Of a DNA stretch of 64,000 nt, positions 56,293 through 64,000 are shown piece by piece; the first letter of the stretch is position 1, and each line of letters opens with the position of its first letter. The notes below the pieces were generated by a model that saw nothing but the letters and a program-made list of their open reading frames with translations, made no database searches and was not told where the DNA came from. The stretch covers positions 7,274-71,273 of the forward strand of contig JAIXWV010000041.1 of assembly GCA_027491115.1 (NCBI GenBank), given 5' to 3'. Origin of the DNA: Pseudomonadota bacterium. Its GTDB lineage: Bacteria; Bdellovibrionota; UBA1018; CAIMNF01. The position numbers and the translations under genes were made by a program.

Positions 56293-56898
56293 ATGGGCGA
56301 CGCGAAAAAGAAGGATCAAGAAACCATCTCCATTGTGGTGGATGAGTTCAACTCAGCCGTGCCGGGGGTGACCATGTTGCTGAATCCGAAGGTGATTTTG
56401 GAGCGTGAAGCCTCACGGATGAAACTGGAACCATCAGGTTCCGGCACTCCGGAAGCTCCCCTCCAAACTGAAGATCCCCCCAAATCGCCTTTAGCCGAAC
56501 TCGGTGTGACCCTTGAGCTTCACTTTGAGGAAAACGGGACGGGCTTCAAATTCCTGAAAGCCGTACCTCATTCTCAGGAGAAGATGGAAGACTGGCAGAA
56601 TGAAGTCTACCGTGGGATGAAACTCGAACTCGATGTATTCGGGATCAACATTTCCTTCCAGGAATTTTCTGGGAAGAAAGATCCCTTCAAAGCGGATGCT
56701 TTATGTGTCCCGGAGGACTCCTGGATCCAGACCGTTCGATCGAGAGAACATTCCACTCGATTGTATGTATTGATTACCCGGCGCTCCTTGTTGATGGAGA
56801 AAGAACGAGTCTATACCTTGCTCGAAGGATCTGGTGAAAAAGACTCCAACGATGACAGTGATGACAGTGGCGGAATCGAAATCGATTTCGCCTCTTAA
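56293..56898 (+). CDS. Hypothetical protein with acidic C-terminus
   Basis: 201 aa. Divergent from the Rrf2 operon across an AT-rich 245-bp region. Confidence 0.45.
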   Translation: MGDAKKKDQETISIVVDEFNSAVPGVTMLLNPKVILEREASRMKLEPSGSGTPEAPLQTEDPPKSPLAELGVTLELHFEENGTGFKFLKAVPHSQEKMEDWQNEVYRGMKLELDVFGINISFQEFSGKKDPFKADALCVPEDSWIQTVRSREHSTRLYVLITRRSLLMEKERVYTLLEGSGEKDSNDDSDDSGGIEIDFAS

Positions 56899-57368
56899 CC
56901 GCTGATCCGGTAGGTCCTGCACGCCCCTCCATTGGAATCGATCTGGATTTGAAGGGATCTTTTACCGATTTTTTCGGGATGATCCCTGTAAATGCGCAAA
57001 TCCTGCTCAAAAAGCGAACCCCACTCCACAAGCACCAGACACCCTCTCTCTTCGAACTGTTCAAGTATCCCCGAGTCCTCCAACTCTGAAGGATCCCGGA
57101 GACGGTAGAGGTCAATGTGGTAAACTGACATGCCTGAAGGCGTCCTGTAGGTCTGCACGAGCGGAAAGGTGGGACTGCCATGAGAAATGGCTCCCGGACA
57201 AAGAAACTCAATCACGAACCGCGCAAGCGTCGACTTCCCGGCACCCATTTCACCCTCCAAAAAAACGAGAGTGTCGGGACCGAAACCATCTCCGAGAATC
57301 CCGGCCAGCCGGTCACGGAGCTCAGGCTCAGAGCAATCGAGCCATTCGAGGTTCTTCTTCTTCGCCAT
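56895..57368 (-). CDS. tsaE: tRNA threonylcarbamoyladenosine biosynthesis protein TsaE
   Basis: P-loop LEGEMGAGKSTL, about 158 aa from the internal ATG. Confidence 0.8.
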   Translation of the reverse strand: MAKKKNLEWLDCSEPELRDRLAGILGDGFGPDTLVFLEGEMGAGKSTLARFVIEFLCPGAISHGSPTFPLVQTYRTPSGMSVYHIDLYRLRDPSELEDSGILEQFEERGCLVLVEWGSLFEQDLRIYRDHPEKIGKRSLQIQIDSNGGACRTYRISG

Positions 57369-58917
57369 ATCTTTTCTGGAGCTCCTGGTAAGCACCGGGG
57401 ATCGAACGGATGATATCACCGGCCATCATTCCGCGAGGACTCACTTTACGTGCCGCCCGAGCACCCGCAAGTGAATGAAGGTACACTCCGACCTGGGTCG
57501 CATCGAATCCGGGAATCCCTTGCGCGAGCAAGCCCCCGATCATACCGGCCAAGACGTCCCCCGAGCCAGCGGTAGCCATACCGGCATTGGGAAAGTGATT
57601 GAGATACATCGTCTCTTCTGGAGAAAGCATCAGAGTCGCCGCACCCTTGAGCAAGACGACGGAATGAGTGAGATCCACTGAGCGCTTCAGAGCACCGATC
57701 GGATCGTTCACGACTTGTTCTTTCTTCCATCCCACCAATCGGGCCATCTCCCCGGGATGAGGAGTCAGGACAGTGGGTGCCTTCCTTCTCTGGCAAAGGG
57801 AGTGCATGCCGTGTTCGGAAATCAGATTCAATGCATCGGCATCGAGGACGACCGGACCAGGAAAATAGCCTAGGACGTTCTCCAAAAGGCGTCTCGCTTC
57901 TGGACGATTCCCCATTCCGGGTCCCATCACGAGAGCAGAAAACTGGGACAGCTGTTCAGAATGTTTCTCGTACCCTCGCTCGCTCTCGGGGATCGACCAA
58001 GTCATGGCTTCCTCGGGCACCTGCGAAACCAAATCACGGATCGAATCTCCCCAAGTGGCCGCGGTCGCAAGCCCCGCCCCAGTCCGGAGTGCCGCATGAG
58101 TCGCCATGGCGATGGCCCCGGTCCTTCCCGGAGATCCTCCAATGAGGAGCACATGACCAAAGGTGTTCTTGTGTGCGTAACGGTCCCTACGGAGGATCTT
58201 CCTCGCCACCGTCTTGGCCTGGAGCAAGAACTTGTCTCCTTCGACCGAAAAACGATGAGGAAGCGAAATGTCCACATTCACCAACTTCCCGCGGGTGTTG
58301 GCTCCGGGGGGGAGAAAATGTCCGAGGCGTGGAAATCCGAATGAAATGGTGAGAGAGGCCTCAATCGCGATCCCTTTCACCTGACCGGAGTCGCCACTCA
58401 CTCCGGTTGGAATATCCAGACTGACGATCTCGTTGAAGTGGCGGTTCATGATCTCGACCACATCGTAAAAATGACCCTCGAGATCACCCTTCAGGCCAGT
58501 TCCGATGATCCCGTCGATGGCCAAATCGAAGCCCCCTGCCTGGGCCAAAAAGGCCTCGATCTCCTGGGCCTCAACAATGTGGGTCAGCTTGGCCTTCATT
58601 TTCTGGAGAATCTTAAAGTTCTCGGAGGTCGCACCTTTGTAGTCGGACCCCTTGACCAAATGAAAAATCCTGACTTTTCGACCGAGTCCGAGCAATTGGC
58701 GGGCCACCACGAAGGCATCTCCCGCATTGTTCCCCTTACCGGCGAAAACCAAGATTTCCTGATCCAACCCGGCACGCGGATACTCGCGTACGATGATCTC
58801 ACTCGCAGCGCGCCCAGCATTCTCCATCAGCAACACTGGTCCGATCCCCATTTCGGTCTCGGCAGTGCGATCGAGCGTCCTCATTTCCTCATTGGTGCAG
58901 ATTCTCAGCTGATACAT
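57328..58917 (-). CDS. nnr: Bifunctional NAD(P)H-hydrate repair enzyme Nnr (YjeF-N epimerase plus carbohydrate-kinase-like dehydratase)
   Basis: Both domains recognised. RBS AGAGGGAG before the ATG at 58917. Confidence 0.85.
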   Translation of the reverse strand: MYQLRICTNEEMRTLDRTAETEMGIGPVLLMENAGRAASEIIVREYPRAGLDQEILVFAGKGNNAGDAFVVARQLLGLGRKVRIFHLVKGSDYKGATSENFKILQKMKAKLTHIVEAQEIEAFLAQAGGFDLAIDGIIGTGLKGDLEGHFYDVVEIMNRHFNEIVSLDIPTGVSGDSGQVKGIAIEASLTISFGFPRLGHFLPPGANTRGKLVNVDISLPHRFSVEGDKFLLQAKTVARKILRRDRYAHKNTFGHVLLIGGSPGRTGAIAMATHAALRTGAGLATAATWGDSIRDLVSQVPEEAMTWSIPESERGYEKHSEQLSQFSALVMGPGMGNRPEARRLLENVLGYFPGPVVLDADALNLISEHGMHSLCQRRKAPTVLTPHPGEMARLVGWKKEQVVNDPIGALKRSVDLTHSVVLLKGAATLMLSPEETMYLNHFPNAGMATAGSGDVLAGMIGGLLAQGIPGFDATQVGVYLHSLAGARAARKVSPRGMMAGDIIRSIPGAYQELQKRYGEEEEPRMARLL

Positions 58918-58931
58918 GGACTCCCTCTCTT

Positions 58932-59693
58932 TTATGGAGCGTGAATGGCGGAAATCATCTCTCGGACCGCTTGCTCGAGACCGACGAGTGCGGCACGACA
59001 AACAATGGCATGGCCGATATTGAACTCTTCGATCACATCGAGCGCCGCGATTTTCCTGACGTTCCGAAAGTCGAAACCGTGCCCTGCATGCAGGTGGATT
59101 CCCACCTCGCGCCCGGCCCGAATGGCGCTCTCCAGCCTACGAAACTCTTCCTTCTCGATCTTCGCACTGTTTTTGCCATAGAACTTCTGGGTCGCGTTGC
59201 AATACTTGCCGGTATGAATTTCAACCGCATCGGCCCCGAGTTCTTTCGACAATCTCACCACAGCAGCATCCGGCTCGATGAACAAGGAAACCCGAATGCC
59301 TTTCTTCTTGAAGTCGGCGATCGCCTTTTTGATCCGGGCACGGTACTTCTTCACATCAAGACCACCCTCGGTCGTCACTTCCTGTCTGCGCTCGGGAACG
59401 AGACAAACCCAGTCCGGCTTCACTTTCAAGGCGATCTTGAGCATGGAAGGCGCAAGCGCACATTCGAGATTGAGCGGCAGACCGCCCTTCTTCCTGAGCG
59501 CAATGACGTCTGCATCCTGGATGTGTCGACGGTCTTCACGCAAATGGATGGTGATCTGGTGTGCTCCGGCTTTTTTCACCAAAGCCGCGGCCTCAAGCAG
59601 ATCAGGATAAGGGGTTCCACGGAGTTGTCTCAGGGTTGCGATGTGATCGATGTTGACGCCTAGTCGGGGGATGAGCCAAGGTGTAGTGTTCAT
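58932..59693 (-). CDS. pdxJ: Pyridoxine 5-prime-phosphate synthase
   Basis: LGVNIDHIATLRQLRG...HLREDRRHI. Confidence 0.9.
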   Translation of the reverse strand: MNTTPWLIPRLGVNIDHIATLRQLRGTPYPDLLEAAALVKKAGAHQITIHLREDRRHIQDADVIALRKKGGLPLNLECALAPSMLKIALKVKPDWVCLVPERRQEVTTEGGLDVKKYRARIKKAIADFKKKGIRVSLFIEPDAAVVRLSKELGADAVEIHTGKYCNATQKFYGKNSAKIEKEEFRRLESAIRAGREVGIHLHAGHGFDFRNVRKIAALDVIEEFNIGHAIVCRAALVGLEQAVREMISAIHAP

Positions 59694-61102
59694 TGTCCGA
59701 GATCCTCGATGAGTGCTTCTTTCAGTTGATTGGCAATGCGTTCATTGGTGACGGAACTCTCGCTCTCCACCAGAATCCGCAGTTTGGGCTCGGTGCCCGA
59801 ATAGCGCACGAAAATACGCCCTTTCTTCAAACCGTCCCGACACTTCTTGAGCGCCTTCTGGTAAGAATCGAGTTCTTCGAGATCCTTGCGTTCGCGGACC
59901 TTCAAGTTCAGGAGAGTTTGCGGGAACAGACGTATTCCTTGCTTGAGCTCCGAAAGGGGCTTGCCGGTCTTCTGCATGATCTCGAGCACCTTCAGTGCAG
60001 CCAACGCTCCGTCTCCGGTGGTTGATGAATCCAGGAAGATAATGTGTCCAGACTGTTCCCCGCCGAGATTGATACCTTCCGAGCGCATTTTCTCAACCAC
60101 GAACCGGTCTCCCACATTCGCCCGGTGCATGGTGATCCCCTTCTCCTTGAGCGCGATCTCAAGACCGATATTCGACATCGGAGTGGTTACGATCGCGTCC
60201 TGCTTCAATTCTCCACGTTCTTTCATGGCCAAAGCGCAGAGACCGATCACAACGTCCCCATCGAGTATTTCACCGTTCTCATCTGATAGAATGACCCGAT
60301 CTGCATCCCCGTCGAGTGCGATTCCGATGTGAGCCCCCGATCTTCGTGTCAAATCAGCGATTTTTTCTGGATAAAGGGCACCGATTTCGTGATTGATATT
60401 CGTGCCGTTCGGACCGACACCGATCGTCGTCAGAACAGCTCCGAGTTCTTCGAAGGCCATCGGTGCGGCCTTGTAGGCGGCACCGTTTGCACAGTCGAGT
60501 GCGATTCGGAAACTGGACAGATCGGCATTGTCGGGGAACTTTGACTTCAGGAAAACGATGTATCGACCGTGGGCCTCTTCGATCCGGTAGGCTCGTCCGA
60601 TGTCGGCCCCACGAGGCAGCTCGGCGTCCATCCGGATCGGATCCGCCACCAATTCCTCAATCACCGCCTCCACCGCATCCGGCGCCTTGAATCCGTCGGG
60701 ACCGAAGATCTTGATCCCGTTATCGTGGAACGGATTGTGGGATGCAGAAATCATCACTCCCGCATCAGCCCTCATGCTCTGGGCGACGAAGGCGACTCCG
60801 GGAGTGGGAAGCGGTCCAAGCAGGATCGCTTCTCCTCCCATGGCGCAAACACCCGAAGCGAGCGCCTGCTCGATCATGTAGCCGGACCGGCGGGTGTCTT
60901 TACCGATCACAATCCTGATCTTCGAGGCGTTGGCCTTCTTGCGGAACGGATCACCGAAACCGGTCTTCCACGCCTCGCGCTCCCGCAGTAAGGAATACAC
61001 CAGCGCACGCCCCACCCGCATGGCGACCTCTCCGGTCATCGGATAAACATTGGCCTCTGCACGGATTCCGTCTGTACCGAACAATCGACGCTTCATCATG
61101 GC
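59690..61102 (-). CDS. glmM: Phosphoglucosamine mutase
   Basis: LFGTDGIRA and active-site SASHNP. Confidence 0.9.
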   Translation of the reverse strand, partial: AMMKRRLFGTDGIRAEANVYPMTGEVAMRVGRALVYSLLREREAWKTGFGDPFRKKANASKIRIVIGKDTRRSGYMIEQALASGVCAMGGEAILLGPLPTPGVAFVAQSMRADAGVMISASHNPFHDNGIKIFGPDGFKAPDAVEAVIEELVADPIRMDAELPRGADIGRAYRIEEAHGRYIVFLKSKFPDNADLSSFRIALDCANGAAYKAAPMAFEELGAVLTTIGVGPNGTNINHEIGALYPEKIADLTRRSGAHIGIALDGDADRVILSDENGEILDGDVVIGLCALAMKERGELKQDAIVTTPMSNIGLEIALKEKGITMHRANVGDRFVVEKMRSEGINLGGEQSGHIIFLDSSTTGDGALAALKVLEIMQKTGKPLSELKQGIRLFPQTLLNLKVRERKDLEELDSYQKALKKCRDGLKKGRIFVRYSGTEPKLRILVESESSVTNERIANQLKEALIEDLGQ

Positions 61103-62034
61103 TTCTTCACCACCACCCGGGTCAACGGAGGAATCACCCGGACTAAATGTACTTTTTCTGGGAGCTGGACCCGAATCCACTTCAAGTAATCGCCCTCAGG
61201 AACATCCCGAACATCCACGAGAGCGGTAATCTGATCGCCCTCGATCTTGACGTTATCTCCGGGCTCAGTCCGGATGATGACAGTGACTTCGTCGTCCGTG
61301 ACTTTCGCCATGCCCGACGGCTTCACCTTAACCGGAACATGTCTCACCCGGAACGCCTGACCCCGTCCTTGGACTTCAACGTACAACTCCGGCAAAACTC
61401 CGTCGACATCCACCCCGAGGGACTTGAAATCAAAAGCAAGCGGAAGAACCGAAGTCTCATGAAGACCGGAAAGATCCACGGGCACCGTGAGGACTTCTTC
61501 CAAGTCTCCCATCCGGCTTTTCGGACCCTTCACCTTGACCACAGGAGGATTGACCTCGATCCGGCTCGATTTCAAACCATCCGGCAATTCGCCGGTGAAA
61601 GTCACTTTGACCGGAATCTGCTTTCGCTTGAGTTCTTCGTAGCGCAACTGAACCGCATTAGGTGTGATGGTCAGTACCTTCACACCAAGTGGAAGTTTGA
61701 TCGCATCACTGAAAATTCGATGGGTCTGTACCCCAGCCTTGGCACCCTTGACCGTCGCACGGATCGGTTCCTCCATCCGGTTCTGGATGGAGCGCAAAAA
61801 AGCTTTAGGACCGGAAAGCTTGAAAGTGATCTTTTCCGGAACAGGGTCGACCAGAATCTGGTCTTCGGGCATGATCGCCTCGAAAGGGATCTCTTTCGTG
61901 ATCTCGATGGTCTGGGATCCGAACACCAACACCCAAACTGTAAGCGCGATCAAAATGGACGCGAGCTTCATGAGCCATTGATAACGAAGCATGCTCCAAA
62001 ACAAATGAAATGGACCGAGTACCCAGCGCCTCAT
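61096..62034 (-). CDS. cdaR: YbbR-domain protein CdaR (regulator of CdaA)
   Basis: N-terminal TM plus repeated YbbR-like beta-rich modules. Conserved cdaA-cdaR-glmM synteny. Confidence 0.75.
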   Translation of the reverse strand: MRRWVLGPFHLFWSMLRYQWLMKLASILIALTVWVLVFGSQTIEITKEIPFEAIMPEDQILVDPVPEKITFKLSGPKAFLRSIQNRMEEPIRATVKGAKAGVQTHRIFSDAIKLPLGVKVLTITPNAVQLRYEELKRKQIPVKVTFTGELPDGLKSSRIEVNPPVVKVKGPKSRMGDLEEVLTVPVDLSGLHETSVLPLAFDFKSLGVDVDGVLPELYVEVQGRGQAFRVRHVPVKVKPSGMAKVTDDEVTVIIRTEPGDNVKIEGDQITALVDVRDVPEGDYLKWIRVQLPEKVHLVRVIPPLTRVVVKKP

Positions 62035-62873
62035 CGATCGCCCTCCCCTTTACCGCGGACGGTCTGAATGAAATTCCGGATCCGGTTCGGAAGCGGCTGC
62101 TCGGGAGAGTTCAGATTCAACAACTGGGCAAGAGTGTCACGAATCTGGCCTTCGGTCAGGTTGCGGATCATCTCCCCGCTCTGGACCAAATGGGCCTGAC
62201 CGGCTTCCTCGCTCACCAGGACCACAATGGCATCAGTCTCTTCGGTCAGACCGAAAGCCGCACGGTGACGGGTGCCTAAACCGCGGTCGATCTCCGTGTT
62301 CTTGGAAAGGGGAAGAAAACATCCAGCAGCGGCGAGACGATCTCCGGTGATGATCACGGCTCCATCATGAATCGGTGATTGAGGAAGGAAAACCGAATAC
62401 AGTAATTCAGCGCGAACGCGAGCATCCACCTTGGATCCCGTGTCCATGAAATTCTTGAGACCATTCTCCCGTTCGATCACAATCAATGCACCGATGCGGT
62501 CCCGGGCCAACTGGATGGCCGCTCGAGCGATCTCGTCCACCATCTCTAGCTGATTCTCGCTCTCTGCGGAGTACAAGAACGGATTCCTTCCCATCCGGGT
62601 GAGTGCTCGACGTAAATCATCTTGAAACAGGACAATGATGATAAAGACAAAGTAGTCGAAGAAATTGCTCAGCAACCAGTGTGTTGCATAGAACTCGAAC
62701 TGGCTCGAAAGGACGAAGCCCGCTGTCAGGACTCCGAGACCGATCAGCATCTGTACTGCCCGCGTCCCTCGGATCAGATTCAGGAGGCGGTACACGATGA
62801 ACGCGACGATGGCGATATCGAGCAAGTCCTCCTGTCTGAAACTCGAATGCAGGTTCGCGAGCAACTCCCGCAT
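62031..62873 (-). CDS. cdaA: Diadenylate cyclase CdaA (c-di-AMP synthase)
   Basis: 3 N-terminal TM. DAC domain motifs DGAVII and GTRHRAA. Confidence 0.85.
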   Translation of the reverse strand: MRELLANLHSSFRQEDLLDIAIVAFIVYRLLNLIRGTRAVQMLIGLGVLTAGFVLSSQFEFYATHWLLSNFFDYFVFIIIVLFQDDLRRALTRMGRNPFLYSAESENQLEMVDEIARAAIQLARDRIGALIVIERENGLKNFMDTGSKVDARVRAELLYSVFLPQSPIHDGAVIITGDRLAAAGCFLPLSKNTEIDRGLGTRHRAAFGLTEETDAIVVLVSEEAGQAHLVQSGEMIRNLTEGQIRDTLAQLLNLNSPEQPLPNRIRNFIQTVRGKGEGDR

Positions 62874-64000
62874 CAGGCCATCACGGGCGCGGGCGCGGCG
62901 CCTCCCCCTTCAGGCTTGGGGTCTGTTCCAACTTTTTTGGGTGCCCGCTCGATCTTCTCACCGCGAATCAAACGATCCACTTCCTCGCCGTCGATGGTCT
63001 CATACTCGAGCAAGGCTTCGGCGATCCGGTGAAGTGCGGCGATGTTTTCGGCCACGAGCTGGCGCGCCCGCTGGTAGTTCCGCTCCACAATATCCCTGAC
63101 TTCGCGGTCGATGGTCTGGGCAGTCTGTTCGCTATAATCCCGATGCTGAGAAATCTCCCGTCCGAGGAAAATCGCCTCTTCTTTTTTACCGAAAGTGAGC
63201 GGCCCGAGAATGTCACTCATCCCCCACTCGCACACCATCCGGCGGGCGACTTCCGTGGCCCGTTCGATATCATTTCCGGCCCCGGTGGTCTTTTGATTGA
63301 AAACCGCTTCCTCGGCAACACGACCGCCCATCAAGAATGCGATCATGTTCTCGGCCTTCACCTTGTCCATGCTCACCCGGTCTTCGCGAGGCAGGGTCTG
63401 GGTCACTCCGAGAGCCATTCCGCGAGGAATGATGGTCACTTTGTGGATCGGGTCCGTACCGGGAAGGGAGCGTCCCACCAGGGTGTGTCCTGCTTCGTGG
63501 AAAGCGGTGGTCTTCCGCTCTTGCTCGGAAAGCACCAGGCTCTTCCGCTCAGAGCCCATCAGGACCTTGTCCTTAGCATCTTCCAGATCATGGAGCTCCA
63601 CGAACTTCTTGTCGTTGCGTGCGGCGATCAGGGCCGCCTCGTTCACGAGGTTCTCGAGATCGGCACCGGAGAAACCAGGAGTTCCGCGGGCGATGATGCT
63701 CAAATCCACCTTGGGATCGAGTGGAACCTTGCGGGTGTGTACCTTGAGGATCTCTTCACGCCCCTTCAAATCGGGATTCGAAACGACCACCCGGCGGTCG
63801 AACCGTCCGGGACGGAGCAAGGCCGGATCGAGCACGTCGGGACGGTTCGTAGCGGCAACCAGGATCACGCCCTCGTTTCCTTCGAATCCGTCCATCTCCA
63901 CCAGCAATTGGTTCAAAGTCTGTTCGCGCTCGTCATGACCACCCCCGAGACCTGCGCCTCGATGACGTCCGACAGCATCGATTTCGTCGATGAAGATGAT
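62873..64000 (-). CDS. ftsH: ATP-dependent zinc metalloprotease FtsH, C-terminal part (gene continues past the window end)
   Basis: [39 protein letters not shown]... and the HEAGHTLVG zinc motif. The frame stays open to the window edge. Confidence 0.9.
   Translation of the reverse strand: MIFIDEIDAVGRHRGAGLGGGHDEREQTLNQLLVEMDGFEGNEGVILVAATNRPDVLDPALLRPGRFDRRVVVSNPDLKGREEILKVHTRKVPLDPKVDLSIIARGTPGFSGADLENLVNEAALIAARNDKKFVELHDLEDAKDKVLMGSERKSLVLSEQERKTTAFHEAGHTLVGRSLPGTDPIHKVTIIPRGMALGVTQTLPREDRVSMDKVKAENMIAFLMGGRVAEEAVFNQKTTGAGNDIERATEVARRMVCEWGMSDILGPLTFGKKEEAIFLGREISQHRDYSEQTAQTIDREVRDIVERNYQRARQLVAENIAALHRIAEALLEYETIDGEEVDRLIRGEKIERAPKKVGTDPKPEGGGAAPAPVMA

Noticed and set aside
1-64000. 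CRISPR arrays, rRNA genes, integrases, transposases, prophage structural genes
   Set aside because: None recognised anywhere in the window. No regularly spaced direct repeats were seen.

Overview
This is a high-GC diderm bacterial chromosome segment, most consistent with a Bdellovibrionota or Myxococcota-like deltaproteobacterium; that lineage call is an inference from gene content. It is mostly densely packed housekeeping operons. The minus strand carries, in order, a partial PAS-GGDEF diguanylate cyclase, a MotA/MotB-like stator pair, htpX, a lower mevalonate pathway operon (PMK-MVD-MVK), a complete suf Fe-S operon (Rrf2/IscR-like, sufCDSU, DUF59, sufB), bamB/yfgM, queA, glpX, pstSCAB-phoU with an OmpR-type regulator, der, era, rnc, a MiaB-type methylthiotransferase, an Rrf2 regulator-cysteine desulfurase-MnmA-like cluster, tsaE, nnr, pdxJ, and glmM-cdaR-cdaA-ftsH. 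The plus strand carries a subtilase, lnt, pgsA, tyrS, tRNA-Gly(GCC) and several secreted proteins; tRNA-Leu(TAA) is on the minus strand. No CRISPR array, rRNA, integrase or transposase was recognised. The least ordinary parts are (1) a tRNA-Gly-proximal block of about 8 kb (30.6-38.7 kb) of secreted hypothetical proteins, including a tandem paralog pair, a possible clan-CD-like protease, an orphan winged-helix regulator and a Cys/His-rich mini-protein with a dyad operator; (2) a MnmA homolog with no cysteines at all, sitting in a conserved cymR-nifS-mnmA-type cluster; (3) a MotB-like protein lacking the canonical transmembrane Asp; and (4) a coiled-coil protein with a C-terminal alpha-crystallin domain. 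Several long plus or minus ORFs in the six-frame track are antisense artefacts of real genes. Coordinates from my own base counting (tRNAs, hairpins, dyads) may be off by 1-2 nt.
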